Of a stretch of 64,000 nt of DNA, positions 9,831-19,813 are shown in pieces; position 1 is the stretch's first letter; each line of letters begins with the position of its first letter. The translations under genes were made by a program, and so were the position numbers. Source of the DNA: Candidatus Marinacidobacterales bacterium (GTDB lineage Bacteria; Acidobacteriota; Vicinamibacteria; Marinacidobacterales; DATDRI01); contig CBDCNP010000002.1 in assembly GCA_965219415.1 (NCBI GenBank), forward strand, positions 2,400,001 to 2,464,000, read 5' to 3'. The notes under the pieces are model-generated. The model did not search any database, was not told the origin of the DNA, and was given only the letters and a program-made list of their open reading frames with translations.

Positions 9831-11265
9831 GAGTCAAGCCCATTCTTAGTTGAAACTCTCCACGGCTCACGTTTAAGCGACCTTCTTCTTCGATACGGTT
9901 GATGTCTTCGCCTCGATCTTCAGTTCCCGCTTGAGAGCTTCGCGAAGCTTGGGAAGATGGCGGTAGCCCACCACCTTCCTCAAGCGCGGTTCGATGTCTA
10001 CGAGCGCCGTTGCCAACCAGCGCTGGCGTTGGCTCGAGTTCTTCCAGTGGTCGACCTTCGCGCAGCGTTCCTCGACGAGAGCATTGACGGACTCAAGGCA
10101 GTTCGTCGTCTTGAACGAACGGCCCAGCACCGCGTGCACGCCGAGTCGATGCAACGTCAGCGTCTCCTCGAGGCCTTCCTCCAGGCTGCCAGCTGCGGAT
10201 TGGTTCCGCTCTTCTAACTCACCGTGGAGTTGCTCGAGCGCAGTGAGGGCCTCTTCGTACTCCGGCCTGTTGTAGGCCCACTGGAGCCGCTTGCGCCATG
10301 ACGCCTGCTCGCCCTTGGACAGGTAGCTCACTACGTTTTCACGTTTGTGCCACTGGCAGCGTTGTATCAGGGCCCGCTTACGGAATGCCTTCTTGACTGC
10401 CGCTTGGAGACCCTTGCCGCCGTCGATGATCACCAGCAGACCCTGGGAGATATCGAGTCCCCGCTCGAGCAGTGAACGCAGGAACGGCGTCAACACCTGC
10501 GCGTTCTCCGTGTCCGTCTCCACGAAGCCCAAGAAGCGTTTTTCCCCGCAAAGCGTGATGCCCAGAGCCACGACCATCGTTGCCTCGGCGAATGTCTTCC
10601 CATCCAGAAACAGCGCCACCACATCCTCGCCGGTCAGATCCCGTTCCTGCATCTCCCGCAGCTTCGCAGCGCTCGCTTGCACGAACCCTCGGGACACCGT
10701 TGAGCTCGACAGCCCGATGGCGCCCGGAATCGCTTCCGCTGCCGCCTCGTAGTTGCGACAAGAGATTCCGTAGAGAACTCGTTTCAGCAGAAGATCATTC
10801 ACCTCACCGCCGTGGCTCACCGCCTCGTAGCAGCGAAGCGGAATCTCTCCTCCCTCGATGCTCCGAACCCGTGGCACACGGATCGGTACCCGCTGGCCGC
10901 CAAGCCCTACCGTGCCCGGGTTGCTTCCGGGACGGCGACCGCGCTCCAGCTCGTCCTTGCGAGAGTATCGCTCTCCCGCCAACGCCTTCACTTCGTCGTC
11001 GAGCAACTCGTGAACGTGCATTAGACCAAGGGGGACCAACCAACGGATCATCTCTACCTTGGCGTCCAGCGCGAGTTCCCCGTAATCCTCGTGCCTCACC
11101 ATCTCGACCTCACCCAAACGACGCGACTTCTTGCGTTTCTTGACCGAACGTAGCAGACTTCCCATCTCGGCTCCTTTCTTCGCGGCTTGATTTTGTTTTG
11201 TCCAACGCCATCAAACCACGGGGTTTGGAGCCGTTTCAATTCCCAACTAAGATTGGCACACTTTC
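9831..11265 (-). mobile_element. IS256-family element, copy 1 (1435 bp)
   Basis: Imperfect 22-bp IRs sharing TCTTAGTTG, 8-bp TSD GCAGAGAA (9823-9830, 11266-11273); near-identical to 34545-35979. Confidence 0.95.
9873..11165 (-). CDS. IS256 (Mutator-like) DDE transposase
   Basis: 430 aa with LFLDG, IIDGGKGL, QRCQWHKRENV and TTNCLESVN motifs. Confidence 0.93.
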   Translation of the reverse strand: MGSLLRSVKKRKKSRRLGEVEMVRHEDYGELALDAKVEMIRWLVPLGLMHVHELLDDEVKALAGERYSRKDELERGRRPGSNPGTVGLGGQRVPIRVPRVRSIEGGEIPLRCYEAVSHGGEVNDLLLKRVLYGISCRNYEAAAEAIPGAIGLSSSTVSRGFVQASAAKLREMQERDLTGEDVVALFLDGKTFAEATMVVALGITLCGEKRFLGFVETDTENAQVLTPFLRSLLERGLDISQGLLVIIDGGKGLQAAVKKAFRKRALIQRCQWHKRENVVSYLSKGEQASWRKRLQWAYNRPEYEEALTALEQLHGELEERNQSAAGSLEEGLEETLTLHRLGVHAVLGRSFKTTNCLESVNALVEERCAKVDHWKNSSQRQRWLATALVDIEPRLRKVVGYRHLPKLREALKRELKIEAKTSTVSKKKVA

Positions 11266-11273
11266 GCAGAGAA

Positions 11274-11442
11274 TGAAACAGGGCCAGGCTTAGCCCGGAC
11301 GGGAATGAATCTCGAGCTGGATCCAGAGGAGTTTATCGAAGAAATCCCGTTTACCGAGACCCGCAACTACGTCAAGCTAGTGCTTCGTAACGAAATGATC
11401 TACCGACGTATTTATTACACCCCCGAGGCGGTTGCAGAGTAA
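11274..11442 (+). pseudogene. C-terminal remnant of a soluble lytic transglycosylase (Slt)
   Basis: DPEEFIEEIPFTETRNYVKLVLRNEMIYRRIY matches the Slt C-terminal motif. No catalytic N-terminal part is present. Confidence 0.7.
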
Positions 11443-11482
11443 CCCGCCACGGGTTATTTAGTTTCCCGAGGGCCATCGTTTC

Positions 11483-12667
11483 ATGTCATCCCGTCCATCG
11501 ACCGAGCGACCGATCTCCGGATCCAAGAAGGCGGAGTCTTTCACCGAATCCGTCATTCGCGAGATGACTCGCCTTTGCCAAATCCACGGTGGAATCAACC
11601 TTTCGCAAGGATTCCCGGACTTTCCGGCTCCGGATGAGATCAAGGAAGCGGCGGTCGCCGCTATCCGTGACGACGTCAACCAATACGCGATCACTTGGGG
11701 AGCGAAGTCGTTTCGAGATGCGATCGCCGAGAACTACAGCCGTGTCTATGGAATGGATGTTGACCCCGAGAAGGAGCTCGTCGTTTGCTGTGGCTCGACG
11801 GAAGCGATGATGTCCGCCATGTTGGGCGTGGTGGACCCGGGAGACGAAGTCGTGGTCTTCGAGCCTTTCTACGAGAACTATGGACCCGATGCCATTCTTT
11901 CGGGTGCGGTGCCACGCTACGTGACGCTCCACGAGCCGGACTGGCGACTCGACCCAGACGAGCTGGCCGCCGCCTTCAACGATCGGACGCGCGCCATCAT
12001 CATCAATACCCCCAACAACCCGACCGGCAAGGTCTTCACCCGGGAGGAGCTGTCTCAGATCGCGGCCCTTTGTCAGAAATGGGGCGCGGTGGCCATCACC
12101 GACGAGATCTACGAGCACATCCTCTACGAAGGCGAGCACATACCGCTCGCCTCCTTGGACGGCATGCGGGAGCGCACCATCACCATCAACAGCCTGTCGA
12201 AGACCTATTCGCTGACCGGCTGGAGGGTCGGGTGGGCCTTGGCGCCTCCGGTGTTGAGCGATGCGATCCGCAAGGTGCACGACTTCTTGACCGTTGGTGC
12301 GGCGGCGCCCTTGCAGGAGGCCGGGGTCGTCGCTTTGGGGCTTCCGGACGAGTACTACCGGCAGCTGTCGGTCGACTATCGAGCTCGGCGCGACGTTCTA
12401 CTGCCGGCGCTCAAAGAGGCTGGCTTCTCCTGTTACAAACCGAACGGGGCGTACTACGTGATGACCGACATTTCACGCTTCGGTTTTCGCGACGACGTGA
12501 GTTTTTCGCGGTATCTAATCGAGAAAATAGGCGTGGCCGCCGTTCCAGGCTCTAGCTTCTACCACCGGCCCGAAGATGGTGCCCAAAAGGTCCGCTTTAC
12601 ATTTTGCAAGCGAGAAGAGACCCTCCGTGCCGCGGCGGACAAGCTCGCTGCCCTCAAACCTTCCTGA
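11483..12667 (+). CDS. PLP-dependent class I/II aminotransferase (YbdL/kynurenine-type)
   Basis: INLSQGFPDF, NTPNNPTG, DEIYE and SLSKTYSLTGWRVG motifs. Confidence 0.92.
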   Translation: MSSRPSTERPISGSKKAESFTESVIREMTRLCQIHGGINLSQGFPDFPAPDEIKEAAVAAIRDDVNQYAITWGAKSFRDAIAENYSRVYGMDVDPEKELVVCCGSTEAMMSAMLGVVDPGDEVVVFEPFYENYGPDAILSGAVPRYVTLHEPDWRLDPDELAAAFNDRTRAIIINTPNNPTGKVFTREELSQIAALCQKWGAVAITDEIYEHILYEGEHIPLASLDGMRERTITINSLSKTYSLTGWRVGWALAPPVLSDAIRKVHDFLTVGAAAPLQEAGVVALGLPDEYYRQLSVDYRARRDVLLPALKEAGFSCYKPNGAYYVMTDISRFGFRDDVSFSRYLIEKIGVAAVPGSSFYHRPEDGAQKVRFTFCKREETLRAAADKLAALKPS

Positions 12668-12676
12668 CGGTATACC

Positions 12677-14695
12677 TTGCTATTGCGACCGCTATCTCTG
12701 GTAGTTCTCTTCATCGCTCTCGTTCAGTCTGGAGGGATCGGTCCCGCCGAGAGGGCACATTCCGAGGCGGTCCGGCTTCTCGGCGAAAAGGACGCCGCAG
12801 GTGCCGAAGCAGCTGCCCGTCGTGCTCTCTCGAAGTCCACGTACTTCGAGCCGGAGAGAGAGATCCAGGAGACCCCGGAAAAAGGAGTGCTTTTCGAAGA
12901 CATGATCGAAAAGGCTCGCACCGCCTATCGGAAACGCCGTGCCCGGTATTTTGAAGCTTTGGGCAACGCGCTCGTCGAACAAGAACGATGGGCGGAGGGA
13001 CGAAAGGCGTTGCGGCGCTCCGTGAACCTCGTTCCGTCGGCCAGAACCTTGTTGGGCATGTCGTCCCACCCGGACCTCGACGTTTCGCAACGCATGGAAC
13101 TCTTGCTGGAGGCCTATTTCGCTCCGCAGGCGGATCAGGCTGGCATTGAGCGGAGCCTGCTTGAAACGGGAGCTTTTGCGGATAAGGACGTGCTTCACGC
13201 CGTTTTCGATCGAGAGCGCTTTGCGCTAGAGCTAGCAGCCGAGTTCCCGGAGGTCAAAGTCGTACTAGCACCGCTTCCAGACATCCGGGTTGCCGCCACC
13301 CGCAGCACGTTTGTTTCCTCGGAGTACCTGGACGAAGGACTGACGGTCCTTCTGTATTTCCCGGTGGATGCCTGTCCTCGTTGCAGCGAGGAGTTGGACG
13401 CGATCGGGGAATCACTCCTCGAATTTGGCAAACAGGGGCACGAGTTTTCGGTCGGCGCGTTCGTTGAAGAGCCGGACCTGGCGTCGGTGCGACGCATCGT
13501 TCGCCTACTGAGCATGCAAGTCGAGGTCGGCCGCGTCGACCGGTTGCCGCGTGGTATCGAACCGGCTGACGATGGAGAGATTTGGGTCGTATCACGACGA
13601 GGCCTCATGCAGATACGGATCCCACTGGCCGGAGACCCGCGGGGTAGCCGTATCCGGGAGCAAGTGACTGCCGCGTTGCGACTTCTCGGACCGCCGCCTG
13701 AGAAAGAGACCGGGACGACCCCCCGTCGAACCGCTCGAGTTGAGAAGACATTCTCGACACTCATCGATGAAGCGGCTGCGCTCGAGGCAGGGCCGGTTCC
13801 GATCCCCGATCGGTACCGGCAAATCGACCTCGCTCTGCGGAAGATTCTCAGGGACGCGACCAACGAGACCCAGGTCTTGAATGCTCTCCAGGAGCTCGCG
13901 AAGCTTCGTGGCGCCGGCGCCGCGAAGTCCCGCGCTTTTCTCGCCTTGGACAGGGAATTGCCCAAGCGGCTCTTGGCGGCGGTGAAGGAGATTGCACGGG
14001 AGATCGACGTCCAGGCGACCCCCGAGCAGGGTGTTTTCTACCTCGACGTCACCGACGTCGGGGGACAAGAAACGATATTGCTTCAGCGAACCTTCTTCGG
14101 GAGGCTCTTGCCACAGAATTTCGATTTCATCCTGAGCCTCGAGGGAGGAAAGCCTTCGGTGGCGTGGGTGAGGGCCCAGCCGGACGAGCCCAAGGGGACC
14201 CGTGCCATATCCTCGGGGGCGGTGTTCTTCTTCGAAGCCGAGGACTGCCAGGGCCTTCGTCTCGTCGATCTCGGGGGTGGAAGCGGCCCCTTCTATAGAG
14301 GATGCCCGGCCAGACTCGAGGGTGAGGACATCGTGGAGGTAAGGGAGGTTCTGCTGGACGAAGTACCTTCCGGGCAGGCGCCTCTTTTCTACCGACGCGG
14401 GAAGATCGAAGGCTCCAAGCTCACCGCACCCGAAAGTCCGCTCGAGCGTGGCAAGCGACTATTCGAAGACGGGAGCTACCGGCAGGCTCTATCCTCCTTC
14501 CAAGAAGCTTCGAAGAAGATCGATCCGTTCGCGCCGTACGACGAAGTTGATCTCCGCTACAACATCGCTCGGTGCTACGAAGCGCTCGGTCAGCGTCCCC
14601 GGGCACTCGAGGTCATGGAGACTATTGGTGACGCGGACTATCAATCGCTGATCGACGAAAAGATCGGTGAGCTCGAAGTCGCCACTCGAAGGTGA
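12677..14695 (+). CDS. Exported TPR-containing protein with central thioredoxin-like CxxC domain
   Basis: Signal peptide, TPR-like helices at both termini (e.g. YNIARCYEALGQ) and LLYFPVDACPRCSEEL. Confidence 0.6.
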   Translation: MLLRPLSLVVLFIALVQSGGIGPAERAHSEAVRLLGEKDAAGAEAAARRALSKSTYFEPEREIQETPEKGVLFEDMIEKARTAYRKRRARYFEALGNALVEQERWAEGRKALRRSVNLVPSARTLLGMSSHPDLDVSQRMELLLEAYFAPQADQAGIERSLLETGAFADKDVLHAVFDRERFALELAAEFPEVKVVLAPLPDIRVAATRSTFVSSEYLDEGLTVLLYFPVDACPRCSEELDAIGESLLEFGKQGHEFSVGAFVEEPDLASVRRIVRLLSMQVEVGRVDRLPRGIEPADDGEIWVVSRRGLMQIRIPLAGDPRGSRIREQVTAALRLLGPPPEKETGTTPRRTARVEKTFSTLIDEAAALEAGPVPIPDRYRQIDLALRKILRDATNETQVLNALQELAKLRGAGAAKSRAFLALDRELPKRLLAAVKEIAREIDVQATPEQGVFYLDVTDVGGQETILLQRTFFGRLLPQNFDFILSLEGGKPSVAWVRAQPDEPKGTRAISSGAVFFFEAEDCQGLRLVDLGGGSGPFYRGCPARLEGEDIVEVREVLLDEVPSGQAPLFYRRGKIEGSKLTAPESPLERGKRLFEDGSYRQALSSFQEASKKIDPFAPYDEVDLRYNIARCYEALGQRPRALEVMETIGDADYQSLIDEKIGELEVATRR

Positions 14696-15645
14696 TGCTA
14701 GCGTTCGTTGTCGATGACTCACCCGGACTGAAGGAAATACCCACCCCCATCCCAGGTCCCGGAGAGACCTTGGTGCGGGTTCGGATGGCGGGGATCTGTG
14801 GGACCGACCATGCGCTTCTCGGCGGCTACCGAGACTTCCGCGGTGTGCCGGGCCACGAGATGGTCGGGGTCGTCGAGAAGGCTTCCGATTGTAGTTGGGT
14901 GGGCAGCCGGGTCGTCTCCGAGATCAACATCGGCTGCGGGAAGTGCTCTCTCTGCGGTCAGGGCCTTCGTCGACACTGTGAGAATCGAAAGGTCTTGGGC
15001 ATCGAGGGAAGAGACGGTGCGTTCGCCGAATATCTGATGACGCCGATCGCCAATCTTCATCGGATTCCGGACAGCCTCAGCGACGAAGAGGCGGTTTGGG
15101 TCGAGCCTCTAGCGGCCGCCCTCGCGGTCAGGGAAGCGGGGATACCGCCCGGTGACCGTGTGTTGGTTGTTGGTGATGGACGGTTGGGAACGCTCATTGC
15201 GCTCGGGCTTCAAACGCGAGGCGTCAAAGTGGAAGTAGCCGGCAAGCACGAACACAAATTGTCGCTGCTTCGCTCGGTGGGGTTGTCGGTCGTGGAAGGT
15301 GAGGCTCGTGCGATCTATCCGTGGGTCGTGGAGGCGACCGGATCCCCGGAAGGCATTGAGAAGGCGAGGGCATGGGCGAGGCCAAAAGGAACGATTATCC
15401 TCAAGTCCACAAGCGAACAAGTGTCGCGCGTGGACGCCTCGCGGATCGTCGTCGACGAGCTGCGGCTCGTGGGATCTCGTTGCGGGGATTTCGAGCCCGC
15501 CATCACGGCTCTGGTCGATAGAACCATCCCAGTCGAGCGATTGATCTCCAGGATCCATCCCTTCCGAGAGTTCGCCCGGGCTCTCGAAGACAGCGCCAAC
15601 CCCGAGTACTTCAAGGTTCTCGTCGATCTCCGAGAAACCCAATAG
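14692..15645 (+). CDS. Zinc-binding alcohol dehydrogenase (MDR family)
   Basis: GICGTD, GHE, CGKCSLC..C structural Zn site and GDGRLG Rossmann motif. Confidence 0.9.
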   Translation: MMLAFVVDDSPGLKEIPTPIPGPGETLVRVRMAGICGTDHALLGGYRDFRGVPGHEMVGVVEKASDCSWVGSRVVSEINIGCGKCSLCGQGLRRHCENRKVLGIEGRDGAFAEYLMTPIANLHRIPDSLSDEEAVWVEPLAAALAVREAGIPPGDRVLVVGDGRLGTLIALGLQTRGVKVEVAGKHEHKLSLLRSVGLSVVEGEARAIYPWVVEATGSPEGIEKARAWARPKGTIILKSTSEQVSRVDASRIVVDELRLVGSRCGDFEPAITALVDRTIPVERLISRIHPFREFARALEDSANPEYFKVLVDLRETQ

Positions 15646-15707
15646 CGATTCGCAGTTAGCTACCCGTCGTTTAGCCGGGCTATACTGTTCGAGGAGTTTG
15701 AAAACGG

Positions 15708-15953
15708 ATGAGCATCAAGATGTACACCACGACGTGGTGTCCTGACTGCCGGTTGGCGAAGCGGTTCCTCGAGGAGCGCAGCGTCGCCTATGAGGAGATC
15801 AACATCGACGGCAATCCGGAAGCCGCCGAGATCGTCGCAAGGGCTACCGGTGGTAAGCGTCAGGTTCCGACCTTCGATATAGACGGTCGTTTCGTGACCA
15901 CAAGCCCCTTCAGCCGTCACAAGTTGGCGGAGGCACTCGGGCTCCAGGCCTAA
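15708..15953 (+). CDS. Glutaredoxin/NrdH-mycoredoxin-like protein
   Basis: YTTTWCPDC and GKRQVPT motifs; RBS GAGGAG. Confidence 0.88.
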   Translation: MSIKMYTTTWCPDCRLAKRFLEERSVAYEEINIDGNPEAAEIVARATGGKRQVPTFDIDGRFVTTSPFSRHKLAEALGLQA

Positions 15954-16035
15954 AACGCCGTCGGGACCTACCGTCCGACTCCTCTTGCAAATCGAGGTAT
16001 CTCTTAGAAGAATTAACTGAGGACGAGTCTACGAA

Positions 16036-17772
16036 ATGCTAGAACTACGGCGTCTCATTCCCTATCTGGGTCGCTACAAGAAGCGACTGGGCGTAGGAAT
16101 GGTCTGCCTGTTCTTCGGCAAAGTGGCGTCGGTCCTCGCACCCCAGGTGCTCCGCATGACGGTCGATGATCTGACTGAATCGGTGACGAAAGACAAGCTC
16201 GTCTTTTACTTCGCCCTCATCGTCGCGATCGCGTTGGTCGACGGGTTTTTTCGATTTTGGATGCGCCGCCTCATCATTGGAGTGTCTCGCTATGTCGAGT
16301 ACGACCTGCGCAACGACTTCTTCGCACACCTTGAACGCATGAGCTTGTCCTTCTTTCACCGTTGGCGTACCGGAGATCTGATGTCTCGCGCCACGAACGA
16401 CATCGCCGCGGTGCGGATGGTGCTGGGGCCCGGGGTCATGTATCCGGTCGAGACGGTAGTGATCACCATCGCCGCGCTCGGATTCATGCTGGCCATTAAC
16501 GTCGAGCTGACGCTCGTGTCGCTCGCGATCATGCCGCTCGTTTCGATCGCGGTGAAACAGTTCGGTGCGGTGATTCACAAGCGCTTCGAGGCCATCCAGG
16601 CCAAGATGAGCGATATCACCGCGCTGGTGCAGGAGAATCTCTCTGGGGTGAGGGTCGTCAAGGCCTACACCCAGGAAGCGTCCGAGCAAGAGAAGTTCGA
16701 GGAAGAAAACCAGCAATACCTTCGTCACAACCTAGGGCTAGCGAAGCTCTGGGGCGCTTTTTATCCGTTGCTGGCAGTCCTCATCGGTATCGGCTCGGCT
16801 CTCGTCCTTTGGTGGGGCGGCCGGATGGTGGTCAGTCAAGAGATCACTCTGGGACAGCTGGTAGCGTTCTTCGCTTATCTCTCGATGCTGACCTGGCCGA
16901 TGATCGCCTTCGGTTGGGTGGTTAACATCTATCAACGCGGGACGGCGTCCATGAAGCGGTTGGTGGTCATTCTGGACGAGAGTCCCGAGCTGACCGACGC
17001 TCCCGATGCTCGCACCGATGTGGATCCAACGGGGCGGATCGAGTTTCGCGGCGTTCACTTCCGTTACAACGGCACGCCCATTCTGAGCGACATCGACCTC
17101 GTTATCGAGCCGGGAAAGACGGTTGCCGTCGTGGGGCGCACCGGATCGGGCAAGAGCACCTTAGTGGGCTTGGTGCCTCGTCTTTTTGACGTGAACGAAG
17201 GCGAGGTCTTGGTAGATGGTGTCGACGTTCGCAAGCTCCCGCTCGCTCGGTTGCGGGGAGCGATTGGTTTCGTTCCCCAAGAGAGTTTTCTCTTCTCGGA
17301 GAGTCTACGAGCCAACATCAGTTTCGGCGCGCCCGAGGCGTCGCTCGAAGAGGTGAAGCGAGTGGCCGGGGTGGCCGGCTTGGCAGGCGACATTTCCGAT
17401 TTCCCCAAACAGTACGACACGATGGTGGGCGAGCGCGGGATCACGCTTTCCGGCGGACAGAAGCAACGCACGACCATCGCGCGGGCGCTTCTCACCGAGG
17501 CTCGGGTGCTCATTTTGGACGACGCGCTCTCGAGCGTGGATACCGAGACCGAGGAGAGGATTTTGACACAGCTGAGAGGTGTGATCCGAGACCGTACGAC
17601 GCTACTCGTCTCCCATCGCATCAGTACTATTAAAGATGCCGACCTCATCGTCGTGTTGGACGAGGGACGGATCGCCGAGCGCGGCACCCACCAGAGCCTC
17701 GTCGAGTTGGACGGGATATACGCGAGTCTCTACCGAAAGCAACTTTTAGAGGATGAATTAGAACGGATTTAG
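16036..17772 (+). CDS. ABC exporter permease/ATPase half transporter (MdlA/YheI-like, degenerate Walker B)
   Basis: Transmembrane domain plus GRTGSGKS, LSGGQ and LILDD. Confidence 0.92.
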   Translation: MLELRRLIPYLGRYKKRLGVGMVCLFFGKVASVLAPQVLRMTVDDLTESVTKDKLVFYFALIVAIALVDGFFRFWMRRLIIGVSRYVEYDLRNDFFAHLERMSLSFFHRWRTGDLMSRATNDIAAVRMVLGPGVMYPVETVVITIAALGFMLAINVELTLVSLAIMPLVSIAVKQFGAVIHKRFEAIQAKMSDITALVQENLSGVRVVKAYTQEASEQEKFEEENQQYLRHNLGLAKLWGAFYPLLAVLIGIGSALVLWWGGRMVVSQEITLGQLVAFFAYLSMLTWPMIAFGWVVNIYQRGTASMKRLVVILDESPELTDAPDARTDVDPTGRIEFRGVHFRYNGTPILSDIDLVIEPGKTVAVVGRTGSGKSTLVGLVPRLFDVNEGEVLVDGVDVRKLPLARLRGAIGFVPQESFLFSESLRANISFGAPEASLEEVKRVAGVAGLAGDISDFPKQYDTMVGERGITLSGGQKQRTTIARALLTEARVLILDDALSSVDTETEERILTQLRGVIRDRTTLLVSHRISTIKDADLIVVLDEGRIAERGTHQSLVELDGIYASLYRKQLLEDELERI

Positions 17773-17864
17773 TCCGCCTTCGCCAGCACAAGAGACGGTG
17801 TGGCTACGGCGGACAAGGCCAGTGCGCCGGCTTGCCGCGCCGAAGCCCGAAGGGCGAAGGCGGG
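17773..17864. repeat. REP-like palindromic element
   Basis: TCCGCCTTCGCC..GGCTACGGCGGAC..GGCTTGCCGCGCCGAAGCCCGAAGGGCGAAGGCGGG; same motif family as 9176-9294. Confidence 0.65.
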
Positions 17865-17890
17865 AGCGAGCACTAAGTTAAGTTGTCGAC

Positions 17891-19720
17891 ATGTCAACCG
17901 ACTACCACGAAGAAGAACTCTTAGGTAAGGCCTACGACGGCCACCTCTTGGCGAGGCTGCTGACCTACCTAAAGCCCTACCGCGTCGCGGTGGTGGTGGC
18001 GTTCTTCCTTATCCTTGCGATCTCTGCCCTCAAGTTGGTTGGACCCTACCTGACCAAGGTGGCGATCGACGACTACATCGCCGAGGGAGATCTTTCCGGC
18101 TTGAACCTCGTCGCCGGACTCTACGTGCTGGCTCTCCTCGCCCAGTTCGGCTTGTCGTATCTCCAAATCTACGTGATGAACCTGACCGGCCAGCGCATCA
18201 TGTTCGACATGCGACGTCAGATTTTTGGTCACTTGCAGAGGCTCAACCCGTCGTTTTTCGACCACAACCCGGTGGGGCGACTGGTAACGCGAGTGACGAC
18301 GGATGTCGACGCGTTGAACGAGCTTTTCACCTCCGGCGTGGTCACCGTTTTCGGGGACATCTTCATGCTGGTCGGGATCATGGTGGTCCTGATCTCACTC
18401 AATTGGAAGCTCGCGCTGGTAAGCTTTGCGGTCCTGCCGCCGCTTTTCGCAGTCTCCATCATCTTCAAACGAAGGGTTCGTAACACCTATCGTAAAGTAC
18501 GGACGCGCATCGCGCGCATCAACGCGTTCAATCAAGAGAACATTTCGGGGATGGAAGTGGTTCAGCTCTTTCAGCAGGAACCGAGGAAGTACGAAGAGTT
18601 CAAGGGGCTCAACCACACACACATGGACGCCAACTTGGAGTCCATCCTTTATTACTCCCTTTTCTATCCCATCGTCGAGATCCTCGGTGCCACGGCCGTT
18701 GGGCTAATCATTTGGTACGGCGGCGGCCAGATCCTTGTTGGCGGTCTGACTCTAGGCGCGCTGGTAGCTTTCATCCAATACTCGGAAAAATTCTACCGAC
18801 CCATCGCCGATCTAACCGAGAAGTTCAACATCCTTCAGTCGGCAATGGCTTCATCGGAACGAATCTTCAAGCTGCTAGACACTGAGCCCACCATCGTAGC
18901 CCCCGACCGGTCGCAGCGACCGGCCCACCCAGAGGGCCGTATCGCGTTCGAAAACGTGCGGTTCGCATATCAAGACGAGGATTGGGTATTGAGGGATATC
19001 GACCTCCACATCGAGCCGGGAGAGCGAGTCGCCATCGTTGGCCACACTGGAGCAGGGAAGACCTCGCTGACCAGCCTGCTTCTTCGCTTCTATGATGTGA
19101 GGGAAGGACGGATCCTGCTCGACGGTGTCGACCTACGCGACTGGAACCTCAAAGAGCTCCGACAACAGTTCGGTATCGTTTTGCAGGACGTGCATCTTTT
19201 CTCCGGAACCGTCGCTTCGAATATCCGCCTGGGTAGCCGGGAGATCACCGATGAACAGGTCGCGGATGCCGCGGCCAACGTGCACCTCGATCGGTTCATC
19301 GCCAAGCTACCGATGGGCTTCGATGAACCAGTTGGCGAGAGAGGGGCGTCGCTTTCCGCCGGCCAAAAGCAGCTCATTTCCTTCGCTCGGGCTCTAGCCC
19401 ATGACCCGCGCGTCCTGATCTTGGACGAAGCGACGTCCAGTGTAGACACCGAGACCGAGATCTTGATCCGCGAAGCCCTCGAGCGCTTGATGATCGGTCG
19501 CACCAGCATCGTCATCGCGCATCGTCTATCGACGGTACAAAGGGCGGACCGCATCGTCGTACTGCACAAGGGACGGATCCGCGAAGTCGGGACCCACCAG
19601 GCTCTATTGGCGCAGCGCGGCATCTACTACCGTCTCTATGAGCTTCAGTACCAGGAGCAAGAACTCACTCTTTCCACCAGCAAGATGGCCTCCAAGGGAT
19701 CGGCCGACCCTCATCCATGA
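17891..19720 (+). CDS. ABC exporter permease/ATPase half transporter (MdlB/YheH-like), heterodimer partner
   Basis: Transmembrane domain plus GHTGAGKT, LSAGQ, ILDEATS and IAHRLST. Confidence 0.92.
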   Translation: MSTDYHEEELLGKAYDGHLLARLLTYLKPYRVAVVVAFFLILAISALKLVGPYLTKVAIDDYIAEGDLSGLNLVAGLYVLALLAQFGLSYLQIYVMNLTGQRIMFDMRRQIFGHLQRLNPSFFDHNPVGRLVTRVTTDVDALNELFTSGVVTVFGDIFMLVGIMVVLISLNWKLALVSFAVLPPLFAVSIIFKRRVRNTYRKVRTRIARINAFNQENISGMEVVQLFQQEPRKYEEFKGLNHTHMDANLESILYYSLFYPIVEILGATAVGLIIWYGGGQILVGGLTLGALVAFIQYSEKFYRPIADLTEKFNILQSAMASSERIFKLLDTEPTIVAPDRSQRPAHPEGRIAFENVRFAYQDEDWVLRDIDLHIEPGERVAIVGHTGAGKTSLTSLLLRFYDVREGRILLDGVDLRDWNLKELRQQFGIVLQDVHLFSGTVASNIRLGSREITDEQVADAAANVHLDRFIAKLPMGFDEPVGERGASLSAGQKQLISFARALAHDPRVLILDEATSSVDTETEILIREALERLMIGRTSIVIAHRLSTVQRADRIVVLHKGRIREVGTHQALLAQRGIYYRLYELQYQEQELTLSTSKMASKGSADPHP

Positions 19721-19813
19721 ACTGGTTTCGGCACGCCCCGTTTTTGATCGGCTGTCCGAAAGGATCTAGGATGGTTCGCCCCAACCGGGCCAGCTCGCAC
19801 GGCGGACCCTTTC

